Positions 10,689 through 18,182 of a DNA stretch of 64,000 nt are shown here, piece by piece (the stretch's first letter is position 1; the number at the start of each line of letters is the position of its first letter). This stretch comes from a virus. The DNA lies in IMG/VR virus record IMGVR_UViG_3300025707_000004. One strand, 5' to 3'. The notes beneath the pieces were generated by a model that saw only the letters and a program-made list of their open reading frames with translations, was not told the origin of the DNA and ran no database searches. A program made the position numbers and the translations under genes.

Positions 10689-10723
10689 AAAGAAGAGGAG
10701 CGGGTGCTCGCCCTCTCTTCTTT
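10689..10723. terminator. Probable bidirectional terminator at the convergence of the + and - gene blocks
   Basis: AAAGAAGAG...CTCTTCTTT inverted repeat with a GC-rich core. Confidence 0.65.
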
Positions 10724-10846
10724 ATCCCTTTGCTACCGCAATCAGCGGGCTCCAGGCTGGGCGCCTGTTGTTAGAATTTCAAGACACTCGAACCTGAGGG
10801 ACCTACCTGCTGCCGGAGCGGCTGACAGGTCACCTCAGGGGTGCGG

Positions 10847-11377
10847 CTAGGCCGCGGCCTTCGCCGCGTCCTTGTCCGCTTTGCCCGCGGCGACGGCCTT
10901 CGCCGCCCGCCCGTGGACCTTCAGACCCCTCTTCACAGCGGCCGTCCGGCTGAACCCGTCGAAGCGGGCACCGGCGTCCGGGGCGTGCGCGAGGGCTCGG
11001 CCGATCTCGGTGTCGAGCACGTCGAGCTTCTCGTCTCGGGCGTTCGCGGCCTTCGCCACGCTCGTCGCCGAGGGGTCCTTGTCCCCCTTCGACTCCGACG
11101 CCTTCTCGCACGCCGCCACGGCCTTGACCGCGTTGTCGAACGCCTTCTCGATGAGCTTGATGCTCGCGGCGATGGTCCGCTCCTGCATCACCACCACACC
11201 GCCATGAGCGTGAGCGTAGGCGTCCGCGGTGTCGCGGTTGGCGAAGTAGTACACGCCCCCCGCCACCACGACGGTGATGACCGTGACGAGGGCCACGACG
11301 GCCAGGGCACCATTGCCCGATTGGCGCGCGGGGGTCAGGCCGAAGCGAAGATTTCCAATTACCAACTGGCGAGACAT
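10847..11377 (-). CDS. Membrane-anchored Ala-rich protein with prepilin-like leader
   Basis: GAAGGA RBS; basic leader ARQSG followed by a hydrophobic helix ALAVVALVTVITVVVAGGVYYF. Confidence 0.7.
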   Translation of the reverse strand: MSRQLVIGNLRFGLTPARQSGNGALAVVALVTVITVVVAGGVYYFANRDTADAYAHAHGGVVVMQERTIAASIKLIEKAFDNAVKAVAACEKASESKGDKDPSATSVAKAANARDEKLDVLDTEIGRALAHAPDAGARFDGFSRTAAVKRGLKVHGRAAKAVAAGKADKDAAKAAA

Positions 11378-11526
11378 ATCGAATCCTTCCGCCTCAATGA
11401 GGCGTATTCTAAAGACTCCAAAGCCTACGGACCCACAGCACCGTGGTTCCAGCCTCGAAGTGTTCATCCCACCAAAAGGCAGGATGCCTTGGGGTGGGAG
11501 GAGAGCGTAATGCTTCCTTCATACTT

Positions 11527-11556
11527 CTTATCCCTATAAAAGGTGCCATTTTTGCA
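11527..11556 (-). promoter_or_regulatory. Leftward promoter P1 (TGCAAA-N18-GATAAG)
   Basis: Same elements and spacing as P2 and P4. Confidence 0.7.
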
Positions 11557-11615
11557 GTTTGGAGGGGGGGGTACGGCCCTGTTTGAGGCTGTTTAGGGGG
11601 TATATACGTAAGAAC

Positions 11616-11631
11616 GGGGGCACATGCCCCC
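11616..11631 (-). terminator. Putative terminator hairpin
   Basis: GGGGGCACATGCCCCC inverted repeat, followed on the minus strand by GTTCTT; lies downstream of two small ORFs. Confidence 0.5.
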
Positions 11632-11650
11632 CAAGACGCTCAGCCCGCTG

Positions 11651-11764
11651 CTATAGCCCCAGGAGGGACTTCAGCAGCGAACCGAGCCAGAAGATGCCGA
11701 CTTCGGCGGCCACAAGGCCAAGACCGATGCCGGCTGCGATGAGCTTCCCTAGCAGACTCTCCAT
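11651..11764 (-). CDS. 37-aa hydrophobic peptide MESLLGKLIAAGIGLGLVAAEVGIFWLGSLLKSLLGL
   Basis: Translated by hand (below the ORF-track cutoff); GGAGG RBS; GC3 codon bias. Confidence 0.65.
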   Translation of the reverse strand: MESLLGKLIAAGIGLGLVAAEVGIFWLGSLLKSLLGL

Positions 11765-11765
11765 C

Positions 11766-11882
11766 TCAGCCTCCGCCCATGATGAGGGCCGCTGCCCTGC
11801 CCCACGCCAGGAAGGCGGGGACGACGATGAGCAGGCTGGCCCCGAGGGCCATCGGAATGCACTTCTCTACGAACTTCTTCAA
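11766..11882 (-). CDS. 38-aa hydrophobic peptide MKKFVEKCIPMALGASLLIVVPAFLAWGRAAALIMGGG
   Basis: Translated by hand; TTG start; abuts the next small ORF. Confidence 0.55.
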   Translation of the reverse strand: MKKFVEKCIPMALGASLLIVVPAFLAWGRAAALIMGGG

Positions 11883-11920
11883 CTCTCAGCCGTTCTGCCC
11901 CAGCGGGGCTTGGTGGGGGA

Positions 11921-12130
11921 CTAGCCCCGGTTGTTAATCGCTTCGATTCGAGCGGACAAGTCCGCGTTGTACGCTTCCGTCCGGACCTTGGAGCGGTCCG
12001 AGATGAGCTTGGTCAGCTCCTTCACTCGCTCCACTCCGCCCGGCCTCGGGTTCTCCAGGATGTCCCAGATTTCCTGGAACCAAGGACACTTCTTCGGGTC
12101 AATGAAATCCATGTAATCCTCCTTGTTCAT
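11921..12130 (-). CDS. Small hypothetical protein, probably leaderless
   Basis: ATG lies 4 nt downstream of the P2 GATAAG element. Confidence 0.7.
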   Translation of the reverse strand: MNKEDYMDFIDPKKCPWFQEIWDILENPRPGGVERVKELTKLISDRSKVRTEAYNADLSARIEAINNRG

Positions 12131-12134
12131 AGTT

Positions 12135-12164
12135 CTTATCCCTTAAAGGGGTACCCGTTTTGCA
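12135..12164 (-). promoter_or_regulatory. Leftward promoter P2 (TGCAAA-N18-GATAAG)
   Basis: Matches P1 and P4; a palindrome copy lies just upstream of the -35 element. Confidence 0.7.
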
Positions 12165-12167
12165 CGT

Positions 12168-12182
12168 TATTAGCGGCTAATA
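12168..12182. repeat. Palindrome copy 4, TATTAGCGGCTAATA
   Basis: Intergenic, between the ncRNA 3' end and P2. Confidence 0.95.
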
Positions 12183-12191
12183 ATAGGGGTA

Positions 12192-13042
12192 AGAAAAGGG
12201 TGAGAATTACCCCCTTTCGCGTACAGCCTTTGAGCCCCTTTTCAGGGCCCTATCCACTGGGTCTCCCCAGTAGCCATACAATGCCGGTAGAGCCGACCGA
12301 AGCCGGGTTTACTACCATTAGCGGATACGTCTACTCAGCAGTGTCCCCTCAGAATAGGTTTGCGGCCCACTCCTACGGCTCTTCAACTGACACCCTTAGC
12401 CTTGCGAGCTTTAGGTGCGTCCGTTCCCCATGGAGGGCAGACGATTAGGCATCTTTCGACAGTACCCGGGTAAGGGCTGATTGCAGCTTCGCGTGAAATG
12501 CGTAGTCCGGCTCCTAACCGGTTTTTCTCCTAGAGATGGCGCCTTACCAGCGGGCCCATGGCTTTTGACCATAGGGAACTCCCACACCATCTCGTGACAT
12601 TCTCGGGTCAGTCACCCGATTTATCGGTTCTTCAAGGGCTGCCGGTTTCCCGACTAAAGAACTCACACCCTATCGAACTTCGTACGACCTGCCTGGAGCT
12701 GCCTCCTCACAGATTGTTCACGTACGCTATCTGTTACCCGAGCACTTGTGTTGGATTTGGATGCATGGCAGCCGGGGTACCAGCCCAGCTTCCGCGACCA
12801 CGGATTTCTCCGCCCGGTCACTTTATCCCGCCGCCGCGGGGCCACCACTCCTGCACAATTCTCCACCGGCTCTTCACCAGCGACCCCTCACGAGGGCAGA
12901 CTCAGACTTGTATAGATGGGCCGACTACTCGGTGGTCCAACCCGGAGCGGGCCAAACCTTTCCCCGCGTCACCGCGAGTTATCCTGACGATTCCATACAA
13001 CCAGAAGTTCCCTGAACAGCCGAAGCTATACGTGTCCCTTCA
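12192..13042 (-). ncRNA. ~850-nt highly structured ncRNA, GOLLD-like
   Basis: No codon-biased ORF; has its own promoter (P3) and a 3' hairpin. Many minus-strand stem-loops capped by GNRA/UUCG: CGCG-GUGA-CGCG, GUCGG-GAAA-CCGGC, CUGGG-GAGA-CCCAG, CCGGC-UUCG-GUCGG. The family assignment is from recall only. Confidence 0.7.
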
Positions 13043-13047
13043 TTGTC

Positions 13048-13076
13048 TTTATACCCAGACATGCGCGGTTTTTGCA
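13048..13076 (-). promoter_or_regulatory. Leftward promoter P3 (TGCAAA-N17-TATAAA) driving the ncRNA
   Basis: Same -35 element as P1, P2 and P4; near-canonical -10. Confidence 0.7.
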
Positions 13077-13085
13077 GGGTAAGAA

Positions 13086-13110
13086 GAAGCGCCCCAGGAG
13101 GGGGCGCTTC
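13086..13110 (-). terminator. Intrinsic terminator
   Basis: Perfect 10-bp stem GAAGCGCCCC/GGGGCGCTTC followed by TTCTT on the minus strand. Confidence 0.75.
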
Positions 13111-13120
13111 GGGCCGGGGA

Positions 13121-13318
13121 CTAGCCCAGACCGGTACCGCGTTCGTGGATGGGAATGGTTGCTTCGTGTACCCAGTTCCCCTCGTCCTCGTACCCGAGCT
13201 GGAACAGCAGCTCGGAGAGGGGGTGCGCCCAAAGGTTGTGGGGGGTCCACTGAAAGCGGGTGGGGAGAGCCGTGCAGAAGTGCTGCATGGACTTGGAGAG
13301 GTGCTTGGCGTCCAACAT
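13121..13318 (-). CDS. Small His-rich hypothetical protein (HNLWAHPL motif)
   Basis: Lies between P4 and the terminator; GAAGG RBS; start adjusted to MLDAK. Confidence 0.6.
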   Translation of the reverse strand: MLDAKHLSKSMQHFCTALPTRFQWTPHNLWAHPLSELLFQLGYEDEGNWVHEATIPIHERGTGLG

Positions 13319-13358
13319 GGGAACCTTCCAGCGACGGGGTATGAACGCCGCTGGAATT

Positions 13359-13388
13359 CCTATCTCAAAAACCAATGCCCGTTTTGCA
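13359..13388 (-). promoter_or_regulatory. Leftward promoter P4 (TGCAAA-N18-GATAGG)
   Basis: Matches P1 and P2 in sequence and spacing. Confidence 0.65.
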
Positions 13389-13394
13389 ACGAGG

Positions 13395-13751
13395 TCAGTG
13401 GACCGCGTTTACCCCGAGCACGCTCTTGGCCATGCGGTTGGCCACGCGCGAACTCAGCGCAGCGCGGGCATCCCGAACAGCATTGAGCGCGGCTTGGTTT
13501 TCCGGGCACGCGTACGGACCCGACTGGAACCCGATCAACCGGTCCTCGATGATGGCGAGCAGGGCGTCGTCGAAGACGCCGGGGGTCGATCCCTCCACCC
13601 CACGCGGGCCGTGCTGGAACTGGACGTAGCAGACGTCGTCAGGCCCGCCGTACTGAATGGCGTAGCTGTGACTGGCGTTCCCCGCTTCCGGGTCACGCTC
13701 GTCGAGCGCGGCCACGTTGATGGGGGCATGGACAGCGATGCTGTGCGGCAT
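13395..13751 (-). CDS. tad1: Tad1-like anti-Thoeris signal-sponge protein
   Basis: FQHGPR..GVFDDALLAIIEDRLIGFQSGPYACPENQAAL...R..NR...VLG.N matches the Tad1 family pattern as recalled; GAGGAG RBS; 118 aa. Confidence 0.8.
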   Translation of the reverse strand: MPHSIAVHAPINVAALDERDPEAGNASHSYAIQYGGPDDVCYVQFQHGPRGVEGSTPGVFDDALLAIIEDRLIGFQSGPYACPENQAALNAVRDARAALSSRVANRMAKSVLGVNAVH

Positions 13752-13755
13752 CGGG

Positions 13756-14523
13756 CTACTCCTCGGGCGCGTCTTCGAGGAACTCCGCGATGTCGGAGAC
13801 GGACGGGAACTCGGAGATGTCCGCCGGGAAGTCCGCGGGGTCCAGCTCCAACAGGTTCCAGAGCACCGACAAGGTCGCGGTGTTCTGCGCGGTGATGTTG
13901 TCGACCTTCGCCTCCAGCGCGACGATGACCGCGGCGGTGTCTTCCTGGGCGGACTGGACCTGCTTGCTGATCTCGTCCACAGCGTCGAAGACGTTGAGGT
14001 TGGCCCCAGCGTTGTCACCGTCAGCGGGGGTGATGTCCTCGACGGGAGCGGCCTCTTCCTCGATGGGAGCTGCCTCCGTCTCCGGGGTGTCTGCGGCGGG
14101 CTTCTTGGCGGACTTGCGGCGCTTGATTCCACGCATGGTGGCGTCTTCTTTCTGCTGCTTCAGGGGTTCGTCCCCCGAATTGTGCTCAAGCTTTTGAGCA
14201 ATTTCGATGAAATCCGGCTGAGGTCCACCGACAAGAACCGCGGCCTGAAGGGCGCGCAGGTACATGTAAGCGGACTCACGGATAGCGGGTGCGGGACCGT
14301 AGACGTACACCTTGATTTCAGGGTCGTCCAAGTCGGTCTCAAGGAACTGCTTCTGAACGTCCGGGTCTCCCGCCAGCAGCTTCTGCCAGTGGGAGGGGTC
14401 CAGACGGAATGCGTCCAGCTGCTCTGCGATGCCGGCATGAATGACGGCGAAGCGCATTTCGGCTGGGTGAAGGACCCCGAGGGCCTTCTGTGTGATTCGG
14501 GCTTTCTTCGGTTTCGCGGCCAT
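13756..14523 (-). CDS. Hypothetical protein with acidic coiled-coil C-terminus
   Basis: Codon bias; operonic overlap with neighbours. Confidence 0.6.
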   Translation of the reverse strand: MAAKPKKARITQKALGVLHPAEMRFAVIHAGIAEQLDAFRLDPSHWQKLLAGDPDVQKQFLETDLDDPEIKVYVYGPAPAIRESAYMYLRALQAAVLVGGPQPDFIEIAQKLEHNSGDEPLKQQKEDATMRGIKRRKSAKKPAADTPETEAAPIEEEAAPVEDITPADGDNAGANLNVFDAVDEISKQVQSAQEDTAAVIVALEAKVDNITAQNTATLSVLWNLLELDPADFPADISEFPSVSDIAEFLEDAPEE

Positions 14524-14891
14524 TACATGGTCCCCCCGAGGATGTCCAAGTCCAGGTCGGCCACCTCGTTGTCTTTCTGGAACTCCAGGTAGCAGAGAAG
14601 CACCCGGGCGTCCGTGTGGCCGTAACAGTTGCCGTCACAGGGTAGTGACAGCTGGTCTTGGTATTCCTTGATGAAGGCCATCAACTCGTCGCGGAGCGGG
14701 TTGGTTAGGTTGGGCTTAACTTCGTCGGTAGCGATGTTGTACCACAGTAGATTCAGCGCCGCATCCCCATCTACTGAGGGGTGGACGCGTACTCCCATCT
14801 GTCTCCAAATGATGTCTGCCAGCTCTGCTCGGCGACGGTGCTGCGGTAGGGAGAGCAGCGCGTCAGGCAGCTTTGGCGGGGGTTGAGGCAC
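14523..14891 (-). CDS. Hypothetical protein
   Basis: TAATG coupling to the downstream gene; CDGNC..H motif. Confidence 0.6.
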   Translation of the reverse strand: MPQPPPKLPDALLSLPQHRRRAELADIIWRQMGVRVHPSVDGDAALNLLWYNIATDEVKPNLTNPLRDELMAFIKEYQDQLSLPCDGNCYGHTDARVLLCYLEFQKDNEVADLDLDILGGTM

Positions 14892-14895
14892 GGGC

Positions 14896-15603
14896 TTACT
14901 GCTCCCTACCCTGATAGGTCCTGAAGGCGTACACAGCTAGTAGGAGGGCGTCGGCGAGCCCGTCGTCGGATGCCTTTATGAGGCAGTCAGGAAACAACGC
15001 CTGCGCCTGGGCGACGTGGGAGTGTTTCTTGTCTCGCTGGGCCTTGGCCTTGGCAGCCTTCTCACGCTTATCGAAGGCTTTGTCCTCCTCGCCGGCTTTC
15101 TGCGTGAGCGAGACCGACGCTGCGGTTGAGCACCCCATAGCCCGCTCCCACTTGGGGCCAGAGACCTCCTCGTACGGGATGCACAGTGTGGCGCAGATGC
15201 CCTCCCACAGGCCCCAGCCTTTGCCGATTTGGACGAGGCGCTCAGGGCCTTCACCCTTCCTCCCACGCTGCTTCTCGACCATGGCCAGAACGGCGCGGTC
15301 GTCTTGCTGCATGTAGGCCGCCAGGGCGACCTCGCTCCACGTGTAGACCTGCTCGAATTCCTCCTCCGGCATGTCCGGGTTTTTGACGGCGTCCAGGAGG
15401 TCGGTGTAGGTATGGAGCAGTCGGAGAGGCGCGTCCCGCTCCCGCCACAACGCGGCGAAGGGGAGCAGTAGCGCAGCCATCTGGGCCGGTAGGTAATTCT
15501 TCCCGGCCGTGGGGACATTATTAGCGACTAATACTTGCGCGCCGTCTGCCACGACCGCGATTGCGCCGCTCTTCCCGGGGTCGATGCCTACCGTGATAAT
15601 CAC
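14896..15603 (-). CDS. RuvC-like Holliday junction resolvase
   Basis: VGIDPGKSGAIA, MVEKQ and DGLADALLLA acidic motifs. Confidence 0.8.
   Translation of the reverse strand: MIITVGIDPGKSGAIAVVADGAQVLVANNVPTAGKNYLPAQMAALLLPFAALWRERDAPLRLLHTYTDLLDAVKNPDMPEEEFEQVYTWSEVALAAYMQQDDRAVLAMVEKQRGRKGEGPERLVQIGKGWGLWEGICATLCIPYEEVSGPKWERAMGCSTAASVSLTQKAGEEDKAFDKREKAAKAKAQRDKKHSHVAQAQALFPDCLIKASDDGLADALLLAVYAFRTYQGREQ
15519..15533. repeat. Palindrome copy 5, TATTAGCGACTAATA
   Basis: Inside the RuvC gene; encodes VLVANN. Confidence 0.95.
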
Positions 15604-16211
15604 TCGTCGTCCTCCACCTCTTCTCGGGCCACCTGGACCCGCGCCTTTTGCATCATGCTCCGCGGCGCCTTCCCCGTCGCTGGGGTAGAGTCGGAGCGCG
15701 GCGGGTTCGAGTAGTTCGGCCGGTCGGACCTAGTACGCCCGGTCTGTGTGCCTGAGGAATTCCAGGAACGACCGCTGGGGCCGTTCCGCTCGTAGAGTTC
15801 TCGGTCGAGGCGCTGCATGCGCTTGCTTGTATCTTTTCTGAGTGCCTCCAGGGCTCGCTTGAGGCCGTCCGAGCGAAGCATGTCCAGTCGGGCATGGACC
15901 ACGTGTCCATCCGACCGAACCGCTGCATCGCGTAGGGCGGCGTTTGTGAGGGTCTTGTCCTTGTTGGTGCGGAGTAGCGCCCCAGCTTCTGACACCTTCA
16001 GACGCTCTTCAGAGACACCAGCAATTCCCAACGTGGCCGCAAGCTTTGTTGAGAGTTGGTCATGGTGCCGCATGAGCACGTCGTAGTACGCCTTGACCTC
16101 GACGAGGCTCAGGTCGTTGATGGCGTCGGGGAGAGCAGGGCTGGGGTACTGCGCGATTTGTTCGCTGATCCACCGAGCGGCTTCGCTGAACGGGTCTACG
16201 GGTTCACTCAT
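15600..16211 (-). CDS. Helical protein, possibly UvsY-like recombination mediator
   Basis: Coiled-coil composition within the recombination cluster; function is a weak inference. Confidence 0.35.
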   Translation of the reverse strand: MSEPVDPFSEAARWISEQIAQYPSPALPDAINDLSLVEVKAYYDVLMRHHDQLSTKLAATLGIAGVSEERLKVSEAGALLRTNKDKTLTNAALRDAAVRSDGHVVHARLDMLRSDGLKRALEALRKDTSKRMQRLDRELYERNGPSGRSWNSSGTQTGRTRSDRPNYSNPPRSDSTPATGKAPRSMMQKARVQVAREEVEDDE

Positions 16212-17391
16212 CTTTGGCTAGGTCCGGCTTACACGTGTAGAGAAATTTGCAGCGTGAACAGATGAACGAGTTCGGTTCCTGGTCAGGAATCACTCCGCGT
16301 CGCAAGTGGGCTTCGATGTTGTGAATCGTGGTGGCGATGCGCGCCAGCACGTCCGCCCTGAAGTGGACGGGAAACTCTCGGAATTCTCCGTTGTCTCGGC
16401 ACACGTACAGGATGACTCCGTATGGAATATCCAGAGCCAGCATGTAGCAGTGCAGTTGGCGAATGTGGCTAGCCATCGGGGCCTTGAGCCCCTTGAAGAT
16501 GTTCTTGCTCACACTCTTGATTTCCACCACCAGCTGCCCGAACACGCCATCGCAGTGTCCGTAGAGCCCCAGCGGGGGGTAGCTGATTTCGACCTCAGGA
16601 TGGAAACGCTGTCCATGAACTCCGGTCACCTTGGAGAGGCGGCCTTGGATGGCGTCGTGGATTGCGTCCCCGAGGTCGAAGACGTTGACTCCGAAGCCGT
16701 GCGTCCTGGGGACGGGCCTCGGGGTAACCGCAAGCCGCTCGTAAGCCAGGGCGCGGTTGCATCCCTCAAGGCTCACAGCGGAAGGGTGGTAGCACCCAAT
16801 CTTGCGGTCGTAGGTCTTGGCGTCGTCTCCCCGGGAGAACCGGATGTAGGAGACGAGAGAGTAGTCCGCGTTGGCGGCGGGCTTCCCCGTGTGGCTGAGG
16901 CAGGCCGAGGCGTAGTACCCCTCCTGGGGCAGTGTGGGCGGCTCGTAGCCCCTCGGCTCGTACAGCTCAATTTCGACGGAGGAGGTCATAAGGCTCTCCG
17001 CCAAAATGTCCCGGACCGCGAGCCACGGGAGCGTGCCCAAACCGGTGCCAAGCGCCGGGACAGCGAGCCGCTTGATGTCTCGCTCCTCCGTTAGCTGGCG
17101 CAACTCTTCCCCTAGGCTGACTACCCAGTCTAGGTTCGACGGGTTACGCCACTCGGCCTTGGTCGCGGCGTTTACAATGAGCCTGTTCGACGCGGGGTCC
17201 TCGAAGGTGAAGAGCTTACCGGGGTGGAGGTCGCCGTCCTGGCACACCTTGGCGTACGCTGTGAAGTTCTCGGGAAAGCGCTTCTTGAACTGCAGTGCCA
17301 GCCCGGCACCCATGACCCCCTCACAGTTTACTGGGTTTACCAGGGCGTCCGCGGTGCTTGCGAAGATGTCCCCGGTGCACATCTGAACCAT
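16204..17391 (-). CDS. DarG-like macrodomain fused to a Cas4-like PD-(D/E)xK exonuclease
   Basis: N-terminus GDIF..ALVNPVNCEGVMGAGLALQFK..VPALGTGLG; C-terminus GHCDG..VVEIKS..QLHCYM..CSRCKFLYTC; TGATG start overlap. Confidence 0.85.
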   Translation of the reverse strand: MVQMCTGDIFASTADALVNPVNCEGVMGAGLALQFKKRFPENFTAYAKVCQDGDLHPGKLFTFEDPASNRLIVNAATKAEWRNPSNLDWVVSLGEELRQLTEERDIKRLAVPALGTGLGTLPWLAVRDILAESLMTSSVEIELYEPRGYEPPTLPQEGYYASACLSHTGKPAANADYSLVSYIRFSRGDDAKTYDRKIGCYHPSAVSLEGCNRALAYERLAVTPRPVPRTHGFGVNVFDLGDAIHDAIQGRLSKVTGVHGQRFHPEVEISYPPLGLYGHCDGVFGQLVVEIKSVSKNIFKGLKAPMASHIRQLHCYMLALDIPYGVILYVCRDNGEFREFPVHFRADVLARIATTIHNIEAHLRRGVIPDQEPNSFICSRCKFLYTCKPDLAKDE

Positions 17392-18164
17392 CAGAAGTTG
17401 CCTTTCGCCAGTTCCAGAAAGTCCAGGTAGGGCACACCCAGCCAGACCCGCTTGGCGAGAATCAGCTTGAGCCAAGTGGTCTCGTTCAGCTTCAGGCCGG
17501 TCGCCCTGTGCAGCCGCCAAACCACCTGCGAGGAAACGTCGACCTCGTGGAAGTTCATGCCCGCCAAATCGTCGTCGAGTTCATCCGCGGGGAGGAACAC
17601 GATGCTGTCCTGACCCTCGAAGGCGAAGATGTAGGCGGGCACCTTGCCGATGCTGAGCGCCTGACGTCTATGGAACTCAAGGTCCCTCAGGTCGACATCC
17701 CGGTAGTCGGCCGACTGCGACCCCGGCTCGGAGGTCTTGTGCTCGGCCAGGATGTCCGCGGTGAGGATGTCCCGCTTATAGCCGGGGAGCGACCCGCTCG
17801 CAGGCTGGACCTTGCCACCCAGGTCCTTGGCTACATCCGCCTCACAGCGTTGGCTGAATCGATGTTTGTATGCCACGAGGAACTCCAGGCAGTCTTCCAG
17901 GGTGTTGGTGTGCTCGGCCGAGTCGAAGATGATGGAAGAGCTGGTATCCCAGCTCACCACCGCGAGCATCTCAGCTATCCGGGGTATCGCGTCATGCGGA
18001 ACTTGGTGGAGCACGGATAGCCCGCTCTCCAAGTGTGTGATGTTGTGCAGGTTGCCGTTGGTCGGCGTGTTTGAGAGGGAAGGATGGAACGCCAATCCGC
18101 GTACCAAGGGCCTGCCCGTTACCTGCTTCGTTGTACCCTTGGTGGTACGAATGAGCACCTTCAC
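17391..18164 (-). CDS. PD-(D/E)xK nuclease (Hjc-like resolvase domain)
   Basis: EADVAKDLGG..PASGS...KRDI....LAEHK motif. Confidence 0.6.
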   Translation of the reverse strand: MKVLIRTTKGTTKQVTGRPLVRGLAFHPSLSNTPTNGNLHNITHLESGLSVLHQVPHDAIPRIAEMLAVVSWDTSSSIIFDSAEHTNTLEDCLEFLVAYKHRFSQRCEADVAKDLGGKVQPASGSLPGYKRDILTADILAEHKTSEPGSQSADYRDVDLRDLEFHRRQALSIGKVPAYIFAFEGQDSIVFLPADELDDDLAGMNFHEVDVSSQVVWRLHRATGLKLNETTWLKLILAKRVWLGVPYLDFLELAKGNF

Positions 18165-18182
18165 CGCGCCCCCCTCTGTCGG

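Noticed and set aside
12200-13082. ORFs 12200..12448, 12558..13082, 12663..12866 and 12746..13015 as proteins, or the region as a self-splicing intron
   Set aside because: No GC3 codon bias or RBS; no interrupted gene flanks the region; it has its own promoter and terminator, which fits an independent ncRNA better.
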